DNA of 64,000 nucleotides from Histomonas meleagridis 2922-C6/04-290x (lineage: Eukaryota; Protista; Parabasalia): assembly GCA_020184695.1 (NCBI GenBank), contig JAANOX010000150.1, positions 62,001-126,000 on the forward strand, in the 5' to 3' direction. The position numbers were made by a program, and so were the translations under genes. Below the pieces are notes generated by a model, which saw only the letters and a list, made by a program, of their open reading frames with translations, was not told where the DNA came from and made no database searches. Within the stretch, counting starts at the first letter, position 1, and the number at the start of each line of letters is the position of its first letter. Below, piece after piece: positions 20,361-31,562 of this stretch.

Positions 20361-22380
20361 TTATTCGTTTCTGGTGAGTGTGGTTGTCTCAAAAAACAAA
20401 TTTTCTTCCAACCTTACTGATTGTTGTTCTTTGGTATCCTCATCTCCAAGGTCTGCATCATTTATAGGCTCATGTTTGCAAAATGAAATGAGTCTGGCTA
20501 AGATTGTACAATTGCTGATTAGACTTCCTTGGTAGGTTTCTTCCAACCTAACACCTGTCGCCTTCCACTGAGCATGAATTCTATTCAACCACATCACAAA
20601 CTCTGCCAGGTCTAGGCATAACTTAATAGCAGTTTCAAATGATATATCTTCACTTCCAGCTTGTCTCTCCATGACGACATTAACAGCCTCAAACACTTGT
20701 TCCATAGTTAGTTCTTGGGGTGGCTCCTCAAATACATTGCCCTGCTCTTCAGTAAGTTTCACTCCACCTACATTCATCCTGGTTCTTATGTTGATCTTTC
20801 GACCTATCACAGTTGTCAAATCATTCATTAAGGTGAGACGTGAAAATGCACTCATAATCTTTTCCCAGCTGTGTTTGTTATGACACATAATACGTATTAA
20901 ACCAAACTGACATTCAACATTATGTGTTCCCAATCTTTCCAGACACAGATCATCAGACCTTGCTCTTAACTCTCTCAAAACACCAATCAATGTGTTCATA
21001 ATTCGAATGCATTGATTGAGTGAACAACGATATTGCGTACCATGATTACGTTTCACTTGTTGTACATTTGGTGTTAGCCTGTCTAAGTTTTTTGCATGAT
21101 ATGCAAAAATATCAAGTGAAGAACAAAGATAATCCAGTCGTGTTTGAGGTGACAGCGATGAATTACGAATAGCATGTGACCATAGAGCATACGGAAGTAT
21201 GTAAAACGCCATGTTAATGTGGCTAGAATGTAACAATTGGAAGAAGTTTGCCATAGTAAAGATCTTCAAACAATAATGATCCTTAATCCTTCCCTTTGGT
21301 GACGTGTCTGTTAATGGAGCTCCAAGCTGTAGTACTTTTTCCATATCAAGCGCGGTGAAGGCTAGCTTACCGTTTGTACATATTGAGATTTGTCCATTCA
21401 ATATCCTGCTTCTAGCATTTTTCAATATATGTAAGAAGTCGCCAATTATCAATCTATCATTCTGCAGAATCCCAAGTGCATCTTCAATTCCCTTATTTCT
21501 AAAAATAGGCCACCACTGGTTGAATCGTTCGCGATGAATTATAGAGTATCCAGAATCACCGTCACTTGCTATACAGCAAACATTGAAACCATTTGCATCT
21601 AAAAAATCAGCAGATATCTTAGCCGAATTCTGACATCTTAATCTGCATTGTCCTTTATGTATGGTAACACATGTAAAGGAAGACATTTATACTTGCATGA
21701 TAAAGGTTGTAAATGTATTAAAAATGCATTATTGTCCCCTCTCTTTGCATCATAAATTTCTTTTGTAACGAGTTCCATTGACATAGCATCTATACCCAAA
21801 ACAATATCCACTTTCTCAGAATACTGAATGTTATGTCTTCTTCTAAATACGTCGATAATGCGGATTGTTTCCGAACACTTGGTTAAACACTCCTTCCACG
21901 AATTTTGAATTTGGCTAAAGTGATTGTACAGCGTCTGTTTACATGGCAATGTTATGACGGAGCGAAGATAGTCATAACACTTACTTCCGAGAGTTCTTAA
22001 TATGAAACAAAATATAATTACATTGGGACTCCATTGCCGAGATTTAGGAAAACGATTGGAATTGTTCTGTGATTCAAATGATAATTGTTCCCCAAAAAAT
22101 ATGGGTTTGTTTACGGGCTCGGCAACCGATTTTTATTTCCTCAAATATTCTTCATAGAACTCCCTTTGACCCTTAAAAGATCTTGGTGGAAGTATTGTGG
22201 GATCATGATCTTCTATTATTTTCTCGAGTATCTGGGTTCTTATCTTGTAGTACCCCAGTGTTCGAGATTAGAAATATCCTTTTTAAGCCTACCAATTTTC
22301 CTGGAAAGGGTTGCTTTCTCTGTTTTTTTGCTCATTATATTTGTCAAAATTGATTTAACATGATCGTTATGAATTGAAAA
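20361..22380 (-). mobile_element. Degraded DNA-transposon transposase, P-element/THAP9-like
   Basis: ILRTLGSKCYDYLRSVITLPCKQTLY; LGIDAMSM; IASDGDS; IGDFLHILKNARSR; LGTHNVECQFGLIR. At least two frameshifts (~22260, ~21640-21690) and an in-frame TAA near 22135; TIRs not found. Confidence 0.75.
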
Positions 22381-23019
22381 ACTTATCGTTCATACGTTAA
22401 GATACAGTGAAAAGAAAATCTTTTGCACCTATCTCCTTCACTTGCCACTACGCTTATAACATATAAAAGATCAAAGAGTGATGGTGTATCATTCTATGTA
22501 ATTTTATTGCATAAAAAGCACAGTGTTTGATTGTCAATTTTTTTGTTACCGTGAATTGACCTTCCTAGAATATATAAACAGGAAACCTCACACTTATGCT
22601 AATAGATATCCAATTGCATGCAATTAATTATATAAAATATAAAAGTTTTATTCTTTTTACATATTAGAAAGCATGATGAAATGATTTTGTTATTAGTTTT
22701 CTTGATATTAAACGTTGAAAACATTTCAACATTGATATATATTTGGTCTGATTCTATTGAAGAAATGTTCATTTTTTGGGAGTTTTTTTTCGCTTCAATA
22801 GTTAATAAAATATTTTCCGTATATACATATTCTTGAAAAATTTTGGGACAAACGATACATTATTTTTTGTATTATTTTTTTCTGAAAAAGACGATTTTTG
22901 ATTGTTGAATTTATTAATTGCTTTTTTTAATGATGATTATCATTTGTCCTGTACGGAAATTATTGAAAATTCTTCAATTTCGATGTAAACTATTCAATAG
23001 CATTTTAACCCACTCCTGC

Positions 23020-23082
23020 GGTTGTGATCGTATTTCACTGAAAAAACCGGGTTGTGATCACAACCACTCGCGCCTTCGGCGC
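23020..23082. repeat. GC-rich palindrome/hairpin cluster
   Basis: Perfect 16-nt palindrome GGTTGTGATCACAACC (23050-23065), a second GGTTGTGATC at 23020-23029, and hairpin GCGCC-TTC-GGCGC (23070-23082). Confidence 0.8.
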
Positions 23083-25114
23083 TCGCATGAAAAATTTTAT
23101 TGTGAAATTGTATACTCGTTTTGTCTCCTATGAAACAAATGGATTAATGAACCCTTCAACTTTATGTGCGGAAGATATTGTTGTATTCTATTTGACACCG
23201 TTGTATAAGGTGTTTCATGTGTATTCCGATTGTTAACGGTTTTATCGGGTCCACAAAAATCTTCAGTCCTTTCCACTAAATTTTCACATTTTTTTATAAC
23301 TGTATGCTTTTAACTTCTGCTATAACCTTTTGAATTACACTTTTTTCAATGATTTTCATAAATTTTACTTGATATTATTTATTTTGTTACATACTCTCTA
23401 TTCTGATATAATTTATTGATTTATTGAAAATCGTATTGTATTATATAAAATTATCATCTATAATCAATAAAAAATATACTTCATTGTATTTATGATATTC
23501 AGCGTGCCAAATTATATATTTTATCTGCATTTGCTGCTTCATATCTGTAACAATGGTCTTCCTTCAGCCTATAACGGTCGCTAGTACGATAGAGCGAAAA
23601 TTTTAAATTGAATAGTTTACTCATTAATTGAATGATTTTTGAGAATTTTCGTACACAACAATGATGATTATTATTGTTATCATTATTTTCTTTATGTATT
23701 TTCGATAAATATTCAATCTGATTCAATAATTTTATGAACAAATTTAATTAGAAAATGATTTATAAAAAAAAAAGCTTGAGTTACATTTATCTATTCCTTT
23801 TAAATGTGCTTTTAAATTTTAAATATATTACATTTTTCAACTTATTTAACATTCTATTAAATGATGTTGATTTCTCTATTTCTCCGAATATTAGTCAATA
23901 CATACCACCGTTTCTAGCTTTATTCTGAAATTGTCTTTGAGAATAATACGGGCTGATTGAGTGATTTTTATTCGTCCACTCATTCAAATTTGACTTCGAA
24001 CCAATTGAACATGTAAATTGATATCAACTGATTGAGAAAAAAATAAATCCATACTTATACATATTATTAGTTTTGCTTTTATAATATCTTTTTAATTTTA
24101 AATTCTTCTCCATCATATTTCGGATTTTGTTAAATTTTGTAAATTCTCAATATTCTAAAAAACAATATCATATAATTTACAAATTTAAAATTGAAGAAAT
24201 ATAAAATAAGTTGTATAAACTATCACAAAATTACAATATCATAATTATACAAAATTTTTTATGAATAGCTTTTATATAAAATTTCATATGGAAATTATTT
24301 ATTATCTTATTATTTTGCACCATTTTGGATGTCATGACATTTTTACTTCATAAATTTAATATTCATTGAATCAATTATATTGTGGATTTGAAATTTTTGA
24401 TTTACTTTTTCTACAAATATCTATATTTATCATATATAAATAAATAATTATAAAGAATTAATACTTATTATAATTATTAATAAATATGGAAAAAAAGTGT
24501 TCTCATTAATACTATTTTTAGTTTCTCAAAATGATTTTTAATTAAAAAGTTTTCTTTTCTCTTTTCATCTCCCTTTTTTTAGTGATTTTTTCTTTCTAAT
24601 TTTTTATTTTATAATAAAGGAAACAATATGTTGTAATATTAAATCCTTTTTATCGAAGGGTATTACTTTACTATAAATATCCATATTTCTAAAAAAAAAT
24701 AAAATTTATAATACGAATTTATACTCTTAATTTTATATGAATATCTGATAACAAAATACATTTATGAATATATAATTCGTTTTGAAATGTGATTTTCTTC
24801 AATGGGTTTATTTAAAACATAAATTGATATATTAATTTTGTTTTTATTCTTCAACAATTATTATACTTGGTACAATTGTCACTTTTCTTGTTTATATTAA
24901 AAATTTGTAAAAAGAATATAATTCATTTATTCGTATGATCGAAATGTTATTAATGTTCGCTAATGATTTGTTTGTTTCTTTTTATTGATTTTGCTTAAAG
25001 GTAATTTGTATTTTATTTATTTGCCAAATCAAATAATAATTTGTTGAAATGAATGAAAAAGTTTTTTATGCATTTGATGCCATTTATATGGAACAAAATT
25101 ATTAAAAAAGAAAA

Positions 25115-26449
25115 CTATTTATTAAATCTTTCTACTAATTTCTTATTTATTTCGTATTTCTCCAATATTTTTTTTGTGATTTCATTAAACATTATTTGTA
25201 CATCGTTTTCATTTTTTGCAGAAACTTCGAAGTATCCGGCGATCATTTCTTCTGCTTTTTTACTTCCTTCTTCAGTTGTGACCACTTTATTCGTCAGATC
25301 GATTTTATTAGCGCATAAAACGACAATCGGATACAAAACAATTTTTCGAATTTCATTGTAATGTTTTATTACGTTTTTAAAACTATTTCTGTCATCAACA
25401 GAATAAACAATGATAAACACTGACGTAGCCATACAATGTAATGCGCGAATATGTTTATCATTTGTTACATCCCAAACAGATAAATCAAATATCAAATTAT
25501 TCATTAAAATTTTTTTCTCATTTATTAGTGACGTTGTTTCAATATGTTCATTATTATTCCATATTAATCGTGAAATAATTGAAGTTTTACCAACATTCGA
25601 ATCACCAAATAATACAATTTTTAACTTTTGAGGATTGATAAAGATTTTCGAATTTATTATTCTCGAGTTTATTCGGCTATCAATAAATGAACTTAAAAGA
25701 ATGGCATTAATTGATGGGCGATCATTTGCATTGACAGATAACATACTTGAAATAAGATTACGTAAGTCTTGGCTGTATTGACACGGAATTGGTTCGTATT
25801 TACGTGCTTTTGAGTTTGGGCGAAATGCTTGTTGAAGTGCACACATTTCATATAAGACACAACCTAATGACCATATTTCGGATTTGTAGTCATAGTGACG
25901 TGAAGTATACTTCAGACACTTTTTAAGTTCTGGTGACATATAATGTGGCGTTCCAGTAAAAGTTTTACATCTTTGATGAATAGTTTCTAGTATTTTGGAT
26001 ACGCCAAAATCGCCAACCTTAACAATTTTGTCATGCGTTATAAATATGTTTTGAGGTTTAATATCACGATGCATGACTTTTTTATCTTGTATGTATTTAA
26101 ACGCGAATAATATCTGAATAAAATAAAATAGGATCTCATCTTCTGGCATAAGTGCATCAGATTTTTTGTATAAATTAATAATATATGATAAATCACCTCC
26201 ATCTGCATATTCCATGACAATCGAATAACTATTTTCATTTTCACAAGAACTAACAAATTTAATAATACTTGGGTGATTTAGTTTCACAAGGATATCATGT
26301 TCATTTTTGATCTCTACGATTTCATCTTGCGAGAATGCATATCTGTATGTTTTCCTTATGAAAAAGTCCCCATCTTCGTTGACCACTTTCTCCACTGTAC
26401 CGAACGCGTCCATCTTAAGCGTATCAACGACTTCGTGGACACCAGACAT
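25115..26449 (-). CDS. NEK-like Ser/Thr kinase fused to a C-terminal Ras/Rab-like small GTPase domain
   Basis: MEYADGGDL, HRDIKPQNIF, GDFGVSK, GTPHYMSPE; then KIVLFGDSNVGKTS, ANKIDL, FEVSAK. First ATG used (the ORF track starts at GTG 26509). Confidence 0.9.
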   Translation of the reverse strand: MSGVHEVVDTLKMDAFGTVEKVVNEDGDFFIRKTYRYAFSQDEIVEIKNEHDILVKLNHPSIIKFVSSCENENSYSIVMEYADGGDLSYIINLYKKSDALMPEDEILFYFIQILFAFKYIQDKKVMHRDIKPQNIFITHDKIVKVGDFGVSKILETIHQRCKTFTGTPHYMSPELKKCLKYTSRHYDYKSEIWSLGCVLYEMCALQQAFRPNSKARKYEPIPCQYSQDLRNLISSMLSVNANDRPSINAILLSSFIDSRINSRIINSKIFINPQKLKIVLFGDSNVGKTSIISRLIWNNNEHIETTSLINEKKILMNNLIFDLSVWDVTNDKHIRALHCMATSVFIIVYSVDDRNSFKNVIKHYNEIRKIVLYPIVVLCANKIDLTNKVVTTEEGSKKAEEMIAGYFEVSAKNENDVQIMFNEITKKILEKYEINKKLVERFNK

Positions 26450-26558
26450 CAAAAAAATGCAAAAAATGCCCACTCTGAAAAAGTGACTCACTTTTGAGTG
26501 GGCGCCCACTTTTTATTAGAAATTCAAAGCATTCAAATTTGAAAATATTTTTACTCAT

Positions 26559-27803
26559 TTACCATTTCTTACGGGGGCAAACTTTTTCAATACGACCGAG
26601 AAGTTTCTCTTCGCCTTGTGTTTCACAGATCTTAGCAAATGCTGGGATCTTCTCAATTTCATACTCTTCAACTTCTCCGCATCTTTCTCTATAAAGTTCA
26701 ATCGCATTTTCATAGCACTTCCATGGGATATTGTGTTCTGGGAAATCATTTGCAAGTTCTTTGGCATTCTCAGTGGTGAATGGTGCTAAGATACGGCTGA
26801 AGATCTTCTTTGACTTAGCACGACGACGTAATTCGTTGAACAATTCTTGTGATGCATCAATCTTTTCAAGAAGTGTGCCGGCGCTTTTAACCCTGTTCTT
26901 TAAGTAGTCAATGTATGTCTTGAGGGATGAAACATGTTCTGTTTCTTCATAGATTTCATCATTGATTTCATCAAGATTGATAGCTTCTGAAACACCAAGG
27001 AATTCTGATATGTCAGTGTTCTTTGGAACTTTGTGGTCACCAAAGGATTGAACTTCACTGCCGGTAACATGAGATTTGGCGTATTCAAATAATTTTTCAA
27101 GCTTGTCTTTTGGATGTTCGGTGATGTACTTAAGGAAGCTATATGTGAATTCGTTGGTACGGAATGTTTGAATGGTTGAGTCATAAGCATATGAATATGA
27201 TGATTCATTGGCATTAGCAGCACAAAGTGATGTAACATCGCTGATACCTTCAAGTTCACGAGCAACAGAGCCAGAGTAACATGCTTCAAGGTTGACAAAG
27301 AGCTTCTTGAATAAATGCTTCTTCTTCATTTCAAGAATGGCTTCCTTTAATTTGGCTGCTGAAAGATATGGACCATTACCTTTTGGCATGCAAAGGAATC
27401 CACGAGTACCATGATCATTGTAGAAGAAGAAAACATTATCCTTCTTTGTGGACTTGAGAACTTTTGGTGCTGTAGCTGTTGGTGTTCCTGTGAGAACAGA
27501 GATAACATTTGCGGTGGTAACGTTTTCACCTCTGTAGTCAATTGCTTCACGACCTGGATATACGTTAATATTCTTTCTCAAGTTGAATATTTTACCTGGG
27601 ACTGGGTTTTCTGGGTGATTGATGATATCATCGTATGCAAAGGTAATGATGTTTTCCTTCTTGAATCCACGATCAATGAGAATTTGGTATGTTTGGAAAA
27701 TATCTGATTGGTGGCGATAATTCCTATATTCTTTTGAGCCTGCGACTAAGACAGCCCAGTTTTCTGATGCTACGAGCTGGGCTAATGAAATCAGAAAGAA
27801 CAT
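26559..27803 (-). CDS. Legumain-like asparaginyl endopeptidase (peptidase C13)
   Basis: Signal peptide, NWAVLVAGS..NYRHQSD, catalytic DHG and EACYSGS. Confidence 0.95.
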   Translation of the reverse strand: MFFLISLAQLVASENWAVLVAGSKEYRNYRHQSDIFQTYQILIDRGFKKENIITFAYDDIINHPENPVPGKIFNLRKNINVYPGREAIDYRGENVTTANVISVLTGTPTATAPKVLKSTKKDNVFFFYNDHGTRGFLCMPKGNGPYLSAAKLKEAILEMKKKHLFKKLFVNLEACYSGSVARELEGISDVTSLCAANANESSYSYAYDSTIQTFRTNEFTYSFLKYITEHPKDKLEKLFEYAKSHVTGSEVQSFGDHKVPKNTDISEFLGVSEAINLDEINDEIYEETEHVSSLKTYIDYLKNRVKSAGTLLEKIDASQELFNELRRRAKSKKIFSRILAPFTTENAKELANDFPEHNIPWKCYENAIELYRERCGEVEEYEIEKIPAFAKICETQGEEKLLGRIEKVCPRKKW

Positions 27804-28444
27804 TTTGAAGATTGACCTATCGTTTGTCAAATGACAACCATTTGTCATATTCAAATGAAAAATAACGGTTTGTATTCAAGGCCACGGTTTTTGATTCAAT
27901 CTGAATAAAATTTCATCGAACCATTCTCAAAAAATTTGGCAGCTTTATTTTTCACCCAAGAACGATACAATACCGTTATCGTAAAAACATTTAATACTTT
28001 TCATGCTCTTTCGACTCATTTAAATACTTATGATGTTTAACTTTAGTTAAAAAGAGACCATATATTGACATTCATTATAGTAACCATAATCATTTTTATA
28101 AATATCAATAATAATAAAAAAATAAAATGCATTTTATATCTATTAAAAATGAAAATAGATAACTTTTATGATATTTATAAATAAATCTTTTTTTAGCAAT
28201 TTTGAATTAAGTAAAACCAAATTTGGTCAGTTACACATCGAACTGTTCATGTACGGAGAAATATACGCTAGATAATTTAAAAAAAAAAAAATCAAAGATT
28301 TTTAAGGTCCCAATAACTAATAATTCTTTTCTATAAACAAAAATATTTGTAGATGAAAGCATGGAAGAAATTTGGAATATTTCAGATACTTTGTTCGAAC
28401 AAAGTTTCAAAAATTGAATTTGTATATACAATTCACTGCGTTTG

Positions 28445-28460
28445 TTTGGTCTGGCCTTTT
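28445..28460 (+). promoter_or_regulatory. Ribosomal-protein upstream element TTTGGTCTGGCCTTTT (includes CCTTT, M5-like)
   Basis: Ends 3 nt before the RPL26 ATG; near-identical element before RPS15A. Confidence 0.65.
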
Positions 28461-28463
28461 CCA

Positions 28464-28874
28464 ATGAAGACAAATCCATTTGTCTCTTCCCAAGCTCGTA
28501 AGGTTCGCAAAGCTTTCTTCAACGCTACAAAGGAAGAAAAGCATATTGCCATGAGCTCACCACTTAGCAAAGATCTTCAAAAGCAATACGGAATCAAACG
28601 TCTTCCAATCCGTCGTGATGATGAAGTTGAAGTTGTACGTGGTCAGATGAAGAAGCGCACAGGTCGCGTTGTTGCAGTCAAACTTTCAACAATGCGCATT
28701 AACATTGAATCAGTCACAAAGCAAAAGATCAGCAATGAAACAGTCTTCATCCCAATCCATCCATCAAACGTTGTCATTACTAAGATAAAGATGGACAAGT
28801 ACCGTAAAAACCTTATTGAAAAGAAACGCCAAAATCGTGAAAAGGCACTTCAAAAGCTTGGCCGTGCTAAGTAA
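28464..28874 (+). CDS. RPL26: 60S ribosomal protein L26
   Basis: VSSQARKVRKAFFNA...LSKDLQKQYGIKRLPIRRDDEVEVVRG...IPIHPSNVVITK. Confidence 0.97.
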   Translation: MKTNPFVSSQARKVRKAFFNATKEEKHIAMSSPLSKDLQKQYGIKRLPIRRDDEVEVVRGQMKKRTGRVVAVKLSTMRINIESVTKQKISNETVFIPIHPSNVVITKIKMDKYRKNLIEKKRQNREKALQKLGRAK

Positions 28875-28996
28875 ATAATTTGGTAATCTTGAATATTCTG
28901 TTTTTTCTTTTTATTTATGATTAATTACAAGATAAATCGATTTTTCTTCTTAAAAAGGAAAGTGACGAGCTAAACGTTCAACAAAAGTGACTATAA

Positions 28997-29650
28997 ATGC
29001 AAGCAGACACACAACTTCAAAACCAATGCTTAGCAATTACTAAGGAAATAAAAAACAACCCATTATCTTACTGGTTTCGTGAGCCATTCCGTGCCGAAAA
29101 GCATACTATGGATGAATATTTTTCAATAATTCATAATCCAATGGATCTAACAACAATTCAAGATAAGCTTGAAAACAACATGTATGCTAACTTTGAGGCT
29201 TGGGCTAGTGACATGGATTTAATTTTTGAAAATGCAATTACATATAATACACCTGAAAGTCTTGTCGGTGGAATAGGCGAATACTTAAGGAGGGTTGTAA
29301 ATAAAAAAGTAGAAGAAATTAGAATGCATAATTCTCGAAATTATGAAAATCGTTTATTTGAATTAATTAAAGCAGCCAACAAAATTCTTGAAAACCCTCC
29401 TCCTTCAATGAAAGCAAAAGTGATTCATAGTAAAGAAATAAGTTCTATTGAAAACTTTAGCAAGACAAGAATTGAACAATTGATTCGTTCATTAAACACA
29501 CTTCTTAACGATGGTAAACTTAACCAAATTTTAGAAGTACTTAAAAACGCAGGAGAAGAAGTTGATCTTAATGGAACACAGACGGACATTGATCTTGCTG
29601 GAATCAGCAGGAAAGCACTTCATGCATTAGAAAAGTTTGTTAAAAAATAA
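28997..29650 (+). CDS. Bromodomain protein
   Basis: FREP...YFSIIHNPMDLTTIQDKL...DMDLIFENAITYN. Confidence 0.92.
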   Translation: MQADTQLQNQCLAITKEIKNNPLSYWFREPFRAEKHTMDEYFSIIHNPMDLTTIQDKLENNMYANFEAWASDMDLIFENAITYNTPESLVGGIGEYLRRVVNKKVEEIRMHNSRNYENRLFELIKAANKILENPPPSMKAKVIHSKEISSIENFSKTRIEQLIRSLNTLLNDGKLNQILEVLKNAGEEVDLNGTQTDIDLAGISRKALHALEKFVKK

Positions 29651-29816
29651 TTATTTTGTTCTTAGTTAAATTTTTCTTTTTTAAATTTTCTTATTTATCA
29701 AAACTTTGATATTTAACGGTCAACTTATAACTATGACCATTCAAATATTTCAAGAAAACTCCATCGTTTTTAGAGAAACATTCAATGGAAACTACGGTTA
29801 TTCATCATGTCAAAAA

Positions 29817-31562
29817 ATGTCTGAAGAATTCTACGAAGGCGATGAGAACTATGATGGTGCATACTATAATGAGGAAGATTTCTATGAAGGAGATGAGTTT
29901 TATGGTGATGAGAACTATGAAAATGAAATATATGATGATGAAATGACAAATGAACCGAGTGTTGAATTCGAGGTTACATATGAAGAAGACCCACGCCAAA
30001 TACAACTACTGACAATGGTTCAAACATTCAAAGCCTTTATTTTTGATTCTATTGCAGATTTTAATATTGTCAATTCAACAATTGAAATTGAACTCCCACG
30101 CTCAATATTACCACTATCCCTTCAATGTGTATATGGGTTTTTGGTTGATGATATATTATTTAAAGTTCATCTTGAATTAAATAGTTATCGATGGGATATT
30201 CTACCCAAACGCATTCAAATCACACACCCTTTTTACGGCGAAATTTTTGTAGGGAAAGCATTAATGGCACAAGCTGCAAATGATTTCTTTAGCGTTGGTT
30301 ATAAACCGCGAAATTATTATCGGTGCTCCAAATTTATTTTATGCTCATCCACACAAGCTGATCGCAAGTTAATGAGACAATTAATGGAGAAAGAACATTT
30401 ATCTGAGCAACAAGCTCAACGTGCATTATCATTATGTAAAAACGATTATAGAAAAGCAGCCCAATTAATGCGCACGGGTGAAATTCCACCTGGCATAGGT
30501 GATAATGTTAGCCCACAACAATTTGCGTCATATTCACAAAATCCATTATTATATTTAATTATTGAATTATGTGAATGCTTATTTGATTTACAAGATCATT
30601 GTTGTTTATGTCGTAAGCGTATTTCACGTGGTCTTAAGCCGGCTGCCTGTAATAATGATTTATGTAAATTCCAATTTTCAACCATTGGTATTGGGGTATC
30701 AGTTGTATCAGAACTAAAACGTGATCCACGAGCAGCCGACCTCTTAATTTCGATATTTTCTGCAGCATTTGATACTCAATTTTGTACGCCAGCACCAGAT
30801 GATTTCACCACGCAAGAAATCCGAACAATCTTAAACTCGTTACCTCCATGTCAAGAAATGGCCACCTTCCAAACTGACCAAGCTTTAGCGAGCCTGATCT
30901 CATTGAGAGGTTTACAACTTGTACGATGGATTCTATTATCGTGCCGATCACATTTGATATCTTTGCCACCCGAGATGGAAATTCCAATGTTCAAAGGAAG
31001 TCAGCAGTTTATGACGTTAGTCTCTTCACCAGAGGCAGAAGGAGCTTTCCAAAGTCTTAAGGAGACATACAAAGGAAGTATCTTTTTGTTCCATGGCTCA
31101 CATGCAGAACGATGGCATTCCATCATTCGTAATGGGTTGAAGAATGCGACTGGTACAAAGTTACAAGCGAATGGATCAGCATTAGGTGATGGTATATACT
31201 TTGCAAAAGAGTCAGGTACTTCATGGGGATATTCACATAGCAAAAACAATTTATATAAGTCATCAATCATCGGAAAGAGTTTACATATAATTTCATTATG
31301 TGAAATCGCTAATTTACCAATGAACCAAAATATTAAAGTGAAGTATCCGGTGTTTAATGAAGATGGCTCAGTCACTTATAAGGAAAGCGCAGGATTCTTA
31401 AAGGACCATGGATGGGCGCACACGCTGACAATCGAAGAAGCCTGCATCGTAAGGTTCTTGTTCGTGGGCGGCAACTTTAATGTAAACGCGTTGACGAAAC
31501 CGCCAAAAAATGTGCCGTCATTGAAATCCGTTTTGGATTACCAAATGAGAAAATATTTGTAA
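29817..31562 (+). CDS. PARP6/8-like ADP-ribosyltransferase with acidic N-terminus, UBA-like segment and Cys-rich region
   Basis: LFHGSHAERWHSIIRNGLKNATGTKLQANGSALGDGIYFA; DHCCLCR...KPAACNNDLC; IVRFLFV. Confidence 0.85.
   Translation: MSEEFYEGDENYDGAYYNEEDFYEGDEFYGDENYENEIYDDEMTNEPSVEFEVTYEEDPRQIQLLTMVQTFKAFIFDSIADFNIVNSTIEIELPRSILPLSLQCVYGFLVDDILFKVHLELNSYRWDILPKRIQITHPFYGEIFVGKALMAQAANDFFSVGYKPRNYYRCSKFILCSSTQADRKLMRQLMEKEHLSEQQAQRALSLCKNDYRKAAQLMRTGEIPPGIGDNVSPQQFASYSQNPLLYLIIELCECLFDLQDHCCLCRKRISRGLKPAACNNDLCKFQFSTIGIGVSVVSELKRDPRAADLLISIFSAAFDTQFCTPAPDDFTTQEIRTILNSLPPCQEMATFQTDQALASLISLRGLQLVRWILLSCRSHLISLPPEMEIPMFKGSQQFMTLVSSPEAEGAFQSLKETYKGSIFLFHGSHAERWHSIIRNGLKNATGTKLQANGSALGDGIYFAKESGTSWGYSHSKNNLYKSSIIGKSLHIISLCEIANLPMNQNIKVKYPVFNEDGSVTYKESAGFLKDHGWAHTLTIEEACIVRFLFVGGNFNVNALTKPPKNVPSLKSVLDYQMRKYL

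Noticed and set aside
23750-25050. Extremely AT-rich tract resembling 14600-14940 (shared AAATTT(C)ATATGGAAATT)
   Set aside because: Short match in low-complexity DNA; no 20-nt phase or adjacent ankyrin unit found
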